From: Klebsiella phage KMI8
Sequence record: MN101222.1
Length of the DNA: 52,821 nucleotides
Strand: one strand, 5' to 3'
Under the pieces are notes generated by a model that was not told where the DNA came from, made no database searches, and worked only from the letters and a program-made list of their open reading frames with translations. Numbering within the stretch: position 1 is the first letter of the stretch; the number at the start of each line of letters is the position of its first letter. The translations under genes were made by a program, and so were the position numbers. This document shows positions 9,663 through 19,000 of this stretch, one piece after another.

Positions 9663-9974
9663 ATGGCTAAGTTCAAACTGAAAATTGGCGCTCTTCCTGA
9701 TTTTAAATTGAAGGTTCCTTTCCTGCTGCCGAACGGTGATGATTGCGATATCGTATTCACCGTCCGCCACAAAAAGAGCAGCGATGTTGAAGAACTTTTT
9801 GATAAGGGCGCGAACAATCTTGAGTTTATCAACTTCCTTTGCACTGGCTGGGATCTTGAAGAAGAGTTCAACGATGAAAACATTCTTGAACTTTGCGCAC
9901 TGTATCCATCGATTCCTCTGATGCTTCCGCAAGAATACTTTAAGGCGCTTGCCGGGTATCGCGCAAAAAACTAA
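9663..9974 (+). CDS. Tail assembly chaperone, short form (G-like)
   Basis: 103 aa between major tail protein and tape measure; ends next to a consensus slippery sequence. Confidence 0.8.
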   Translation: MAKFKLKIGALPDFKLKVPFLLPNGDDCDIVFTVRHKKSSDVEELFDKGANNLEFINFLCTGWDLEEEFNDENILELCALYPSIPLMLPQEYFKALAGYRAKN

Positions 9975-10282
9975 AGCGGGCCGTCAAGTTGTCGCAGATG
10001 CCAGAACCAACCGATGCGGAGTTACGCGAGTACGGTTTAAGGCGCGAGGACTACGAAGCAGATCTTGATACCATCAACTTCACTGAAGAAATGGCGCAAT
10101 CGTGGGATGTGTTTCTTGCTATGTCAACGCAATGGCGACAAGGTGGCGGAGGCCCGACAGGATTAGATTATAATGCATTGCCTATCGTGCTGAAGTTCTA
10201 TAAAATAGACAGCGACGAAGCATTGTTTAACGACTTGAGAATATTAGAGGGTGAGACTCTTCGACTGTTCTACAAGAAATAA
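9663..10282 (+). CDS. Tail assembly chaperone, -1 frameshift fusion (GT-like), join 9663..9971 and 9971..10282
   Basis: A_AAA_AAC at 9965-9971, one codon before stop TAA 9972-9974; -1 frame continues CTA AAG CGG GCC GTC AAG TTG TCG CAG ATG into ORF 9989..10282. Confidence 0.85.
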
Positions 10283-10286
10283 CCAT

Positions 10287-10308
10287 AGCGCCTTCGGGCG
10301 CTTTTTTT
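10287..10308 (+). terminator. Rho-independent terminator before tape measure
   Basis: AGCGCC-TTCG-GGCGCT-TTTTTT. Confidence 0.85.
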
Positions 10309-10321
10309 GTATGGGGGCTAT

Positions 10322-13300
10322 ATGGCTGAAAAGTTTGCAGGTCTAGCGCTAGGCGTTGACGTGTCGCAGGTCGATAATGCCGTTAAGTCACTTCAGAACT
10401 TCAAGAAAGCGAATAATGAAGGGGCGCAAGCGGTTGAAGACTTCGCGATGCAAGAATCAATGGCGCGGGCAAAGGCTAAAGCACTTGCCGAAGAAATCGC
10501 CAGACAGCGAAAGGAAACGGAGCAGGCAAGAACTGACTTTAAAAAGCTGGTTCAGGTTATCGATCCCACGGCTAAGAAAATGGAAGAGCTACGGGTTGCA
10601 TCACTGGCGCTTGATAAGGCATGGCAGAAAGGCATTGTACCGGATGAGCAATTCTTCAAGCTGGGCGAGATGCTCGACAACGAGGCCGGGAAGCTTAAGA
10701 ACGTACAGTTAGCGCTAACGGAAGAAGGGCGGGCGGTACTCGCTGAAGCGAAAGAAAAAGAGCGCGCCACTCTGATCGGTGATAAGTTCATCGCCAACCT
10801 TGAACGTCAGGCGCAGCAGGCGGGTAAAACTAAATCCGAGATCCTGGCGATGCAGGCGGTGCAAGCAGGACGTGAAGCGCAGGCGTCACCACTGATTGCT
10901 CAATTGCAAGCGCAGGAACAAGCCGCCAAGGAATCAGCAGCGGCGCTAAGGGCGGAAGCGGCAGCGAAGCGCGAAGCAGAGAATCAGGCTAAATCATTCA
11001 TGCAGGCGCTTAAGCGTCAATCGGATGAGGTCGGATTAAGTCGCATCGAGATCCTGGAGTTACGAGCCGCCGAAATGGGGCTTACCGCTCAGGCGAAACC
11101 GATGATTGACAACCTGAAGAAGCAAGCCGCAGCGATGAACGTTAACGGGTTATCTGCGGGCCGCTATCGTATGGCAATGCAGCAGCTACCGATGCAGATC
11201 ACGGACGTTGTAACGTCTCTTGCTTCCGGTATGCCTGTTTGGCTGGTGGCTGTTCAGCAGGGCGGGCAAATCAAGGATTCATTCGGCGGAATCGGAAACG
11301 TTCTTAAGCTTTTACGACAGCAGATCACGTTAACCCGCGTCGCTATGGGTGGTCTTGTTGGCGTTGTTGCTGGGCTGGGTATCGCGGCGTATCAATCCTA
11401 CATGAACCAGCGAAATCTACAGAGCGCGCTTTCACTTACTGGCGGTTACGCAGCGAAGACGGCGGCGGAGATTTACGCAGTAACGGAGGAAATCAACAAG
11501 AACAGCAGCGCCACGATCGGGAGCATTAACGGGATCGCAACCAGCCTCGCTAAATCTGGCAAGTACACCATTAACCAGATTCGCATGATCACGAAGACAA
11601 CGGCGGAATGGGAAGCGGTAACGGGCGAAAAATCAGATGAGATTGTTTCTCACTTTGACAAGATCGCAAAAGACCCGGTGAAGGGTTTGGCCTCCCTGAA
11701 TGAGCAGTTTAATTTCCTGGAGAAAGGGCAGCTAACCTACATAGCGACGCTAGCGAAGACCAAAGGCGAGACGGCAGCAGTAGACGCAGCAACTAAGCTG
11801 TTTGCCGACACGATGGACACAAGACTAGCTCAGATCGCAGATAGCGCAACGCCGCTTGAAACGATGTGGACTGACATTAAAAAATGGTCTGCTGATTCCT
11901 GGAAGTGGGTAGGGGATCACACGGTTGCGGCGCTTAACAAGGTTGTTTCCGTTGTCCAGTCGATTATCAACCAGGTTCGCGCGCTCATCGCTCAGGGTGA
12001 CGCCATGATCGCTGGATTCATGGTTAAGGCTGGGGAATCTTACCAGAATTCATGGCTGGGTAAAGTTGGCCCTGATATGTCAGGATTCATCGCCGACCAG
12101 CGCAAGATCTGGAATGATGCCAAAAAGGATGCGGCAGACTTCGCGAAAGCGGCTGATAAGGCTTACGCCGACGCGATGAAATCTGAAGACGAATGGATTA
12201 AGCGACAAGGCCGGGAGCAGAGCGGGAAGGGTTATAGCTCAAAGGTCAAGGATGAGGTTGCAAAGGAGGCTGAAGAGTTAGCGAAGAAAGGAGCGAAGGC
12301 AAGGAAGGAACAGGTAGACGCTGGCGCTAAGCTGGGCGAACAGTACGAGGCTGAAGTGTTGGCATTGCGTGCGCAGCTTAAGGTTTTGCAAGATCATAAA
12401 GGTCTTGACGACAAGATCTCGCAGCAGCGTAAAACGTACTGGAATGATGTTGCGCGATTCCAGATTCTGGAGGAAGCAGCAGGACGACGCAAGTTAACCA
12501 ATAGCGAGAAGCAGCTATTAGCACAGAAGGAAATCATTCTTGCGGCGTCCAAAGAGAAGGCGGAAATCGGTGATCAGATTGTACAGCAGGAACGTTTAAA
12601 CGCGCTCCTTGATAAATCTGTCAAGCATCATAACGAGATGCTAGCCAAGCGCCAGGCGCTGAAGGCTACCGAAGGAATGAGCGATCGCCAGGCTTCGCGA
12701 TACACGGAAACGGAGAAGCTTCGCACTGACTGGATTAATGGCGGCGGAAAGGATACCGATTCCGGCTATTTGAGTATGAAAAAGGATATGGAAGATTACT
12801 ACGCCGAAGAGGACGCGCTTAGAGGTAGCTGGGAGGCTGGAGTTTCTAAAGCGTGGGCCAACATTGGCGATCAGGTGATGGACGTATCCGGCAGCATGCA
12901 GAGCGTTATCGAAGGTGCATTCAACGGCGCGGCTGATGCAATGACAACTTTCCTGCTAACTGGTAAGATGAACTTCGGGGAGTTCGCAAAGAGCATACTT
13001 GCAGATCTTACTAAGATGTTGGTTAAGATGGCGCTGTTTAATGCTATGGCTTCCGTTTTTGGGTTCGGTGGCGCTACTGGCGGTAATGCGGCTGGTTCAG
13101 CGACTGCTACGGCGAAGTTTGCAAACGGCGGTTACACTGGCGACGGTGGCAAGTACGAGCCTAAAGGAGTTGTTCATGGTGGGGAGTTCGTATTCACCAA
13201 GGAAGCAACAAAACGAATTGGCCCGGACAACCTTCACAAGCTTATGCGCGGTTATGCAAACGGCGGTCTTGTTGGTTCAATGCCAACTTCTGGCGGCGGG

Positions 13301-13489
13301 ACAACGACAACCGGAAGCGGCGGAATCAGCTTCCAGATGGGCGACGTTGTGTTGCAGGGCGCGGGGAGCGAAGGGCCAAACGCTAAAGCTATGGAACAGG
13401 GCGTTAGGGCAATCTTTAACGACATGATGAATGAAGAGACTCGCCAGGGCGGGAGGATCTTCAACCTGTTTAACGGGGGTAAAAAATAA
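10322..13489 (+). CDS. Tail tape measure protein
   Basis: about 1055 aa, coiled-coil N-terminus, hydrophobic segments, C-terminal GGYTGDGGKYEPKGVVHGGEFVFTKEATKRIG typical of lambdoid H-like tape measures. Confidence 0.93.
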   Translation: MAEKFAGLALGVDVSQVDNAVKSLQNFKKANNEGAQAVEDFAMQESMARAKAKALAEEIARQRKETEQARTDFKKLVQVIDPTAKKMEELRVASLALDKAWQKGIVPDEQFFKLGEMLDNEAGKLKNVQLALTEEGRAVLAEAKEKERATLIGDKFIANLERQAQQAGKTKSEILAMQAVQAGREAQASPLIAQLQAQEQAAKESAAALRAEAAAKREAENQAKSFMQALKRQSDEVGLSRIEILELRAAEMGLTAQAKPMIDNLKKQAAAMNVNGLSAGRYRMAMQQLPMQITDVVTSLASGMPVWLVAVQQGGQIKDSFGGIGNVLKLLRQQITLTRVAMGGLVGVVAGLGIAAYQSYMNQRNLQSALSLTGGYAAKTAAEIYAVTEEINKNSSATIGSINGIATSLAKSGKYTINQIRMITKTTAEWEAVTGEKSDEIVSHFDKIAKDPVKGLASLNEQFNFLEKGQLTYIATLAKTKGETAAVDAATKLFADTMDTRLAQIADSATPLETMWTDIKKWSADSWKWVGDHTVAALNKVVSVVQSIINQVRALIAQGDAMIAGFMVKAGESYQNSWLGKVGPDMSGFIADQRKIWNDAKKDAADFAKAADKAYADAMKSEDEWIKRQGREQSGKGYSSKVKDEVAKEAEELAKKGAKARKEQVDAGAKLGEQYEAEVLALRAQLKVLQDHKGLDDKISQQRKTYWNDVARFQILEEAAGRRKLTNSEKQLLAQKEIILAASKEKAEIGDQIVQQERLNALLDKSVKHHNEMLAKRQALKATEGMSDRQASRYTETEKLRTDWINGGGKDTDSGYLSMKKDMEDYYAEEDALRGSWEAGVSKAWANIGDQVMDVSGSMQSVIEGAFNGAADAMTTFLLTGKMNFGEFAKSILADLTKMLVKMALFNAMASVFGFGGATGGNAAGSATATAKFANGGYTGDGGKYEPKGVVHGGEFVFTKEATKRIGPDNLHKLMRGYANGGLVGSMPTSGGGTTTTGSGGISFQMGDVVLQGAGSEGPNAKAMEQGVRAIFNDMMNEETRQGGRIFNLFNGGKK

Positions 13490-13843
13490 ATGAAGCTGAA
13501 AACATTCACATGGTGCACTCAGATTCAGGGAGGGGCGGCGCAAGTCGCCGCTTCAAACAATATGAGATCGGCGCAGTTTGGCAATGGCTTTATCCAATCA
13601 GCGTCTTCGGGGTTAAACACTCGCCGCCGTAGTTCGAACATCGTTCACGGTTCCTCGAAACACTGGCGAGATGTGTACGACTTCTGCAACGATCACGTAA
13701 TGAAGCCGTTTATCTGGACTCCGGCGGATGGCAAGATGGGGGTTTTTATTGTCCTGCCCGACACGGTAGTTTTGAAGCCAGTAGCCGGAAAGCTGTATGA
13801 GGTTACGGCAACGTTTGAAGAAAGATTCACCGCTTTCAAATAG
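13490..13843 (+). CDS. Minor tail protein M-like
   Basis: 117 aa after tape measure; QFGNGFIQ...DGKMGVFI.. pattern. Confidence 0.75.
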   Translation: MKLKTFTWCTQIQGGAAQVAASNNMRSAQFGNGFIQSASSGLNTRRRSSNIVHGSSKHWRDVYDFCNDHVMKPFIWTPADGKMGVFIVLPDTVVLKPVAGKLYEVTATFEERFTAFK

Positions 13844-13883
13844 CACGATTTGCCGCCCATAGTGGCGGCTTTTGTGTTACTAT
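13841..13883 (+). promoter_or_regulatory. Dispersed-motif promoter (divergent copy) upstream of L-like gene
   Basis: TAGCACGATTTGCCG 13841-13855, 22 nt, TACTAT 13878-13883. Confidence 0.5.
13852..13873 (+). terminator. Terminator after M-like gene, embedded in the motif-to-minus-10 interval
   Basis: GCCGCC-CATAGT-GGCGGC-TTTT. Confidence 0.7.
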
Positions 13884-13908
13884 CCAATGACAAATAAAAG
13901 GGGGTACT

Positions 13909-14661
13909 ATGAAAAACAACTTATCATCAAACTTTGTTAACTGCCTTGAATCACTTTACCCCGGCGAGATCTTGACGCTTGTCGAAGTTGACGGCGAAAA
14001 GTTCGGCGCGCAGGTATACCGATTCCATAACGAGAACGTTCAATTCACAACTGAAGAGCTTCTCAAGGTTCAGGCGGGCGGCGACTTGCCGCAGAAGAAC
14101 ATCATCTTCCAGGGTGAAGAGTATGGCCCGCGCCCGTTCGGGATATCGGGGATTGAGTTAAGCACGGATGGAAAATCAAACAAGCCTAAGCTTGTCCTGT
14201 CAAATATCGATGCGCAAGTATCCGCTCTAATCCGGGCGTATAACGGCATGATGCAGGCGAAGGTTACGATCTGGATTCTCGTTAAAGACCTTCTAAACGA
14301 TGATGGAACCGTATCACCTGGCGACTTCCGGCGCATGGTTTACTACATTGAGCGACCGGAAAGTGTAGATCAGCAGAAGGCAACGTTTGAATTAACCAGT
14401 CCGTTTGATATGGATGGCGTAAACGTCCCGGCCCGACTTACTCAAACGGTTTGCTATTGGGCGCAGCGTGGATGGTACAAGACAGGTAAGGGTTGCATGT
14501 ATCGGGGCCAGAACGGATACTTCGATAAAGACGGCAATCCGACAGATGATCCGGCTCAAGATTATTGCCCTGGTCTTGTGTCTTCGTGTAGACTACGGTT
14601 TAAAGAGGAACCGCTAGATTTTGGCGGATGTGCAACGGCAACGGTTAAATCAGGAACGTAA
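13909..14661 (+). CDS. Minor tail protein L-like
   Basis: 250 aa; Cys pattern C..YRGQ...C..LVSSCRLRF...CGGCAT.. as in lambda L family. Confidence 0.85.
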   Translation: MKNNLSSNFVNCLESLYPGEILTLVEVDGEKFGAQVYRFHNENVQFTTEELLKVQAGGDLPQKNIIFQGEEYGPRPFGISGIELSTDGKSNKPKLVLSNIDAQVSALIRAYNGMMQAKVTIWILVKDLLNDDGTVSPGDFRRMVYYIERPESVDQQKATFELTSPFDMDGVNVPARLTQTVCYWAQRGWYKTGKGCMYRGQNGYFDKDGNPTDDPAQDYCPGLVSSCRLRFKEEPLDFGGCATATVKSGT

Positions 14662-14662
14662 A

Positions 14663-15397
14663 ATGATACAGCCAAAAATTAAGATGGCGATCTTCAATCA
14701 CGCAAAAGAGGTTTACCCGCACGAATGTGCGGGCCTCATAACTCAAAAAGGACGGGTTCAAAAGTACCATCCGATCGACAACGTGGCGGGCGACCCGGAA
14801 AACCAATGCGTGCCAGATGAAAAGCAGTATGGCGAGATCGTAATGGAAAACGAAGGCCGGGTTGTCGCTTTTGTTCATTCGCATACTGGCGACGGGGCGA
14901 CAACTCTTCCGAGCGCTCATGATGTTTGCATGTGCAATGAGTTTGAGATCCCGTTCGTAATCGTCAGTTTGCCGGAAGGTGATCTTCGCGTTGTAGAACC
15001 AGCGTCAACGCCTCTGATTGGTCGCCCCTGGTCGCTGGGTTCATACGATTGCTGGGGCTTGATTATGGCATTCCACAAGATTCACGGAATCGAGCTTCAC
15101 GACTTCCGCAAGCCTTATGAGTGGTGGAAGGAGGGCGAGAACTTGTACGCCGACAACTGGCAAGCTGAAGGGTTCGAACAGGTTTACGGCCCGCCAAAGT
15201 TTGGCGATATGATCATCTTCCAGCTTCAATCGCCAGTATGGAACCATGCAGGTATTTACGTAGGAAACAATGAAATAATCCATCACCTGCAAGGGCGGCT
15301 ATCAGGCGTCGATCTGTATAGCGGATGGTATGAAGAAAAAACCGTATTGATTTGCAGACATAAGGATCTTAAACATGGCATCACTGAAAAATATTAA
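14663..15397 (+). CDS. Tail assembly protein K-like (JAB/MPN plus NlpC/P60)
   Basis: HECAGLI, HSHTGDGATTLPSAHD (JAB), YDCWGLI and HHLQGRLS (NlpC/P60). Confidence 0.92.
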   Translation: MIQPKIKMAIFNHAKEVYPHECAGLITQKGRVQKYHPIDNVAGDPENQCVPDEKQYGEIVMENEGRVVAFVHSHTGDGATTLPSAHDVCMCNEFEIPFVIVSLPEGDLRVVEPASTPLIGRPWSLGSYDCWGLIMAFHKIHGIELHDFRKPYEWWKEGENLYADNWQAEGFEQVYGPPKFGDMIIFQLQSPVWNHAGIYVGNNEIIHHLQGRLSGVDLYSGWYEEKTVLICRHKDLKHGITEKY

Positions 15398-15971
15398 ACT
15401 TAGCGGCTCATTGGGCCGCAGGTTCGGGGTATTCCACAAGTTCGCCGTTGACAGCTTCCCGGAATGCATACGGGCAATGACCTATCAGGTCGAAGGGTTT
15501 AAGGAATACATTTCCAGCGAGGTTGGAAGTCGGACGCGATTTGCTGTATTCGTCGATGGTAAAAACGTTGGTCAGTATGATTTGCGCGCATTCAAGTGCG
15601 CCCGCGAGATTCGCATCATTCCGATCCCGTCAGCAGCTAAAAACGCGGGACTGTTTCAGATCGTATTGGGCGCGGTGATTATGGCGACAGCCTTTTTTAC
15701 TGGTGGCGCATCACTGGCGGCGATGGGCGCTATGTCATCGGCAGCATTCATGGCTGGCGGCGCTATGGTGCTGGGCGGTATCACTCAGATCCTATCGCCA
15801 CAACCTGGAGGGTTGAGCAGGTCTTCAGGGGTGGATAATAAGCCGTCTTATGCATTCGGCGGCGCGATTAACACCACGGCGGCGGGTTATCCGGTTCAGC
15901 TTCCGTATGGTAAGAGATCGGCAGGCGGCGCGCTCTTCTCTTCAGGCTCATACGCAGAAGATCAGGCATAA
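15375..15971 (+). CDS. Tail assembly protein I-like
   Basis: GSLGRRFG...KYISSEVG start and Gly/Ala-rich hydrophobic stretch typical of lambda I. Confidence 0.85.
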   Translation: MASLKNIKLSGSLGRRFGVFHKFAVDSFPECIRAMTYQVEGFKEYISSEVGSRTRFAVFVDGKNVGQYDLRAFKCAREIRIIPIPSAAKNAGLFQIVLGAVIMATAFFTGGASLAAMGAMSSAAFMAGGAMVLGGITQILSPQPGGLSRSSGVDNKPSYAFGGAINTTAAGYPVQLPYGKRSAGGALFSSGSYAEDQA

Positions 15972-15990
15972 AAAACAAAATCACTTTTTA

Positions 15991-16019
15991 CCCTGTGGGC
16001 TATGGCCTACGGGGTTTTT
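15991..16019 (+). terminator. Terminator between I-like and J-like genes
   Basis: CCCTGTGGGC-TATG-GCCTACGGGG-TTTTTG, about 10-bp stem with wobbles. Confidence 0.75.
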
Positions 16020-16025
16020 GTGTTG

Positions 16026-16031
16026 TATAAT
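16026..16031 (+). promoter_or_regulatory. -10 hexamer TATAAT right after terminator, upstream of J-like gene
   Basis: TTTTTGTGTTGTATAAT. Confidence 0.45.
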
Positions 16032-16061
16032 TTCCGGGAAATCAAAACAGGAGGCTAATTA

Positions 16062-19000
16062 ATGTCAAAAGTAATCACGGCAATGGGTAAGGGTGGCAGC
16101 AGTACACCGCGCCAGCCAAAAGAGATGCCCGATAACTTAATCTCTAAAGACAGAATTAAGCTACTGCTTGCGGTAGCTGATGGTGAAGTTGAAGACGACT
16201 TCAACCTTAAGCAACTGATGTTCGGCGGCGTCCCGGTTCAAAACGAAAGCGGAGAATTCAACTACCCTGACGTTATCGCAGAGTTCCGCCCAGGTACGCA
16301 GACTCAAGACTTTATTCAGGGGTTCACTGAGTCAAGTTCTGAAGTCACCGTTGCGCGAGACGTTAAAGCGAATCAACCTTACTCGCTCACTGTTACCAAC
16401 AAAAACCTTTCGGCTATCCGCTTCCGCCTGTTATGGCCTCGCGTGCTTCAGCAGAAAGACAACGGCGACATGGTAGGCTCAAAAGTTGAATACGCCTTTG
16501 ATATGGCGGTTGACGGCGCAGCCTTTAAAGAAGTGCTTCGCGACAACATCGACGGGAAGAATACAACTGGCGGCTACGATCGCAGCATTCGAATCAACTT
16601 ACCGCAAGACTTTACGAACCAAGTGATTTTGCGAGTTCGCCGAATCACGCCGGACGCAGACGGAGTAAAGACGGTTGACGCCTTCAAGGTTCAGAGCTAC
16701 GCAGAAGTTATCGATGCTCGTTTCCGTTATCCGCTAACCGCGTTGTTGTATGTTGAGTTTGATTCTGATTTGTTCGAGAACAACATCCCGACAATCTCAA
16801 TCAACAAAAAGTGGAAGATTATCCAGGTTCCGAGCAACTACAGCCCAATAACCCGCACTTACAACGGGACGTGGGACGGTACTTTTAAATGGGCGTGGAG
16901 CAACAACCCGGCGTGGGTTTTGTATGACCTGATAACCAATCAGCGATACGGACTCGATCAACGCGAGTTGGGAATCCCGGTTGACAAGTGGTCACTCTAT
17001 GAAGTGGCTCAGTATTGCGATCAGATGGTGCCAGATAACAAGGGCGGCGAAGAGCCTCGTTATTTGTGTGATATGGTTGTTCAGGATCAGGTTGAAGCTT
17101 ACAGGTTGATTCGTGATGTGTGTTCAATCTTCCGTGGGATGAGCTTCTACAACGGCGAAAGCATCTCAATCGTAGTTGATAAGCCTCGCAACCCGGTTTA
17201 CCTGTTCACTAACGACAACGTAATCGATGGTTATTTCGGATACACGTTCGCCTCCGAAAAGAGCATGTACACGACCGTTAACGTGATGTTTGACGACGAA
17301 GAGAACGCCTATACTCAGGACGTTGAGCCTGTTTATGATGCGGTCGCCAGTCGCCGATTTGGTCACAACCCAACGGACATTACAGCGATCGGATGTGTTC
17401 GACGCACTGAAGCCAACCGTCGCGGGCGCTGGATTATCAAAACCAACTTGCGCAGCGAAACGGTAAACTTCGCCACCGGGTTACAGGGCATGATCCCAAC
17501 GTGCGGCGATGTTATCCAAGTTCTCGACCCGCATTACCAAAGCAACTATGGACTGATCTTAAACGGTCGCTTGTCAGAGGTTGCAGGGCTGCAAGTGTTC
17601 GTACCAATGAAGACTGACGCGAAAGCGGGCGACTTCATTATCGTTAACAAGCCGGACGGCGCACCAGTTAAGCGCACGATAGCGAGCGTATCAAAGGATG
17701 GCTTGACTTTAACGCTTAATGTTGGGTTCGGTTTTGACGTTGAGCCTGATGCTGTATTTGCGATCGAACGCACTGATTTAGCAATGAAGCTTTACGTTGT
17801 GATGAGCATCGCGAAGGGAAGCGACGAAGAAGAGTTTCAGTACAATATTTCAGCGGTTGAGTACAATCCTGGTAAGTATGATGAGATCGATTACGGCGTT
17901 ATAACTGATGAGCGCCCGACCAGCATTATCGAACCGGATGCAATGCCAGCGCCTGAAAACGTAGTTATCGACTCCTTCTCGCGAGTTGTTCAGGGCTTGA
18001 GTCTTGAAACGATGGTTGTAGGGTGGAGCAAGGTTCGTTACGCATCGGTTTACGAAATGCAGTGGCGAAAGGATGGCGGCAACTGGCTTAACACTCCACG
18101 CACCGCGACAACCGAAACTCAAGTAGAAGGGATTTATTCAGGGGTTTACGAAGTCAGAGTTCGCGCCATTAACGCTGGCGGAGTTGCTTCCCCCTGGTCT
18201 GAGATAGTTGCTAAGTCGCTGACTGGTAAAGTTGGCAAGCCAAAAGCGCCAACCGGGATTGTTGCATCGGATAACGAAGTTTTAGGAATCCGTGTTAAGT
18301 GGTCAATGCCAGAAGGCTCCGGCGACACTGCTTACATTGAATTGCACCAGTCGCCAGATAACAACGATGCTAACTCTTCGCTGTTAACTATGGTTCCATA
18401 TCCGGCGCATGAATATTGGCATAGCACGCTTAGAAGCGGCCAGGTTGTTTGGTACAAGGCGCGCGCAGTGGACAGGATCGGGAACGTATCGGACTGGACG
18501 AAACTTGCTCGCGGCATGGCTACCGATGACGTCGATCAGATAATGGACACTATCAGGATCGAAATCGAAGGAACGGACGGATACAAAGAGTTAGTTAAGG
18601 ATATCTTCGAAACTAACGAGCGCATCGACGAAGCAGAGAAAACGATCGCGAAGGTTGACACTGACGCGAAGCAGGGAATTACGGAAGCCAAAAATGATGC
18701 AGCAGAAGCCAAGAATCGAGCCGAAGAAGTAAACACGACGGCGCAGAAAGGAATCAACGAGGCGAAGGCGGCAGCTAAAGCGGCAGACGATCACGCAACG
18801 CAGGTTGGTAAGGATGCGGCGGCGGGCCTGGCGGAAGCCAACGCAAAAACAGATCAAGTAAGAAAGGATGCAGAGCAGGGAATCACCGAAGCGAAGAACG
18901 ACGCCAAAGCGGCGAAGGATGAAGCGCTAAGGGTTGAGAAGAAGGCCGACAAGGGAATCGCAGAAGCCAAAGACGATGCCAAGAAGGCAAGCGATGCGGC

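Noticed and set aside
9203-9883. 226-aa antisense ORF across major tail protein and chaperone
   Set aside because: Covers two real genes, a terminator and a promoter on the plus strand; Ser/Leu-rich artefact.
12999-13427. 142-aa alternative frame ORF at end of tape measure
   Set aside because: Overlaps the conserved tape measure C-terminus; Leu/Arg-rich alternate-frame composition.
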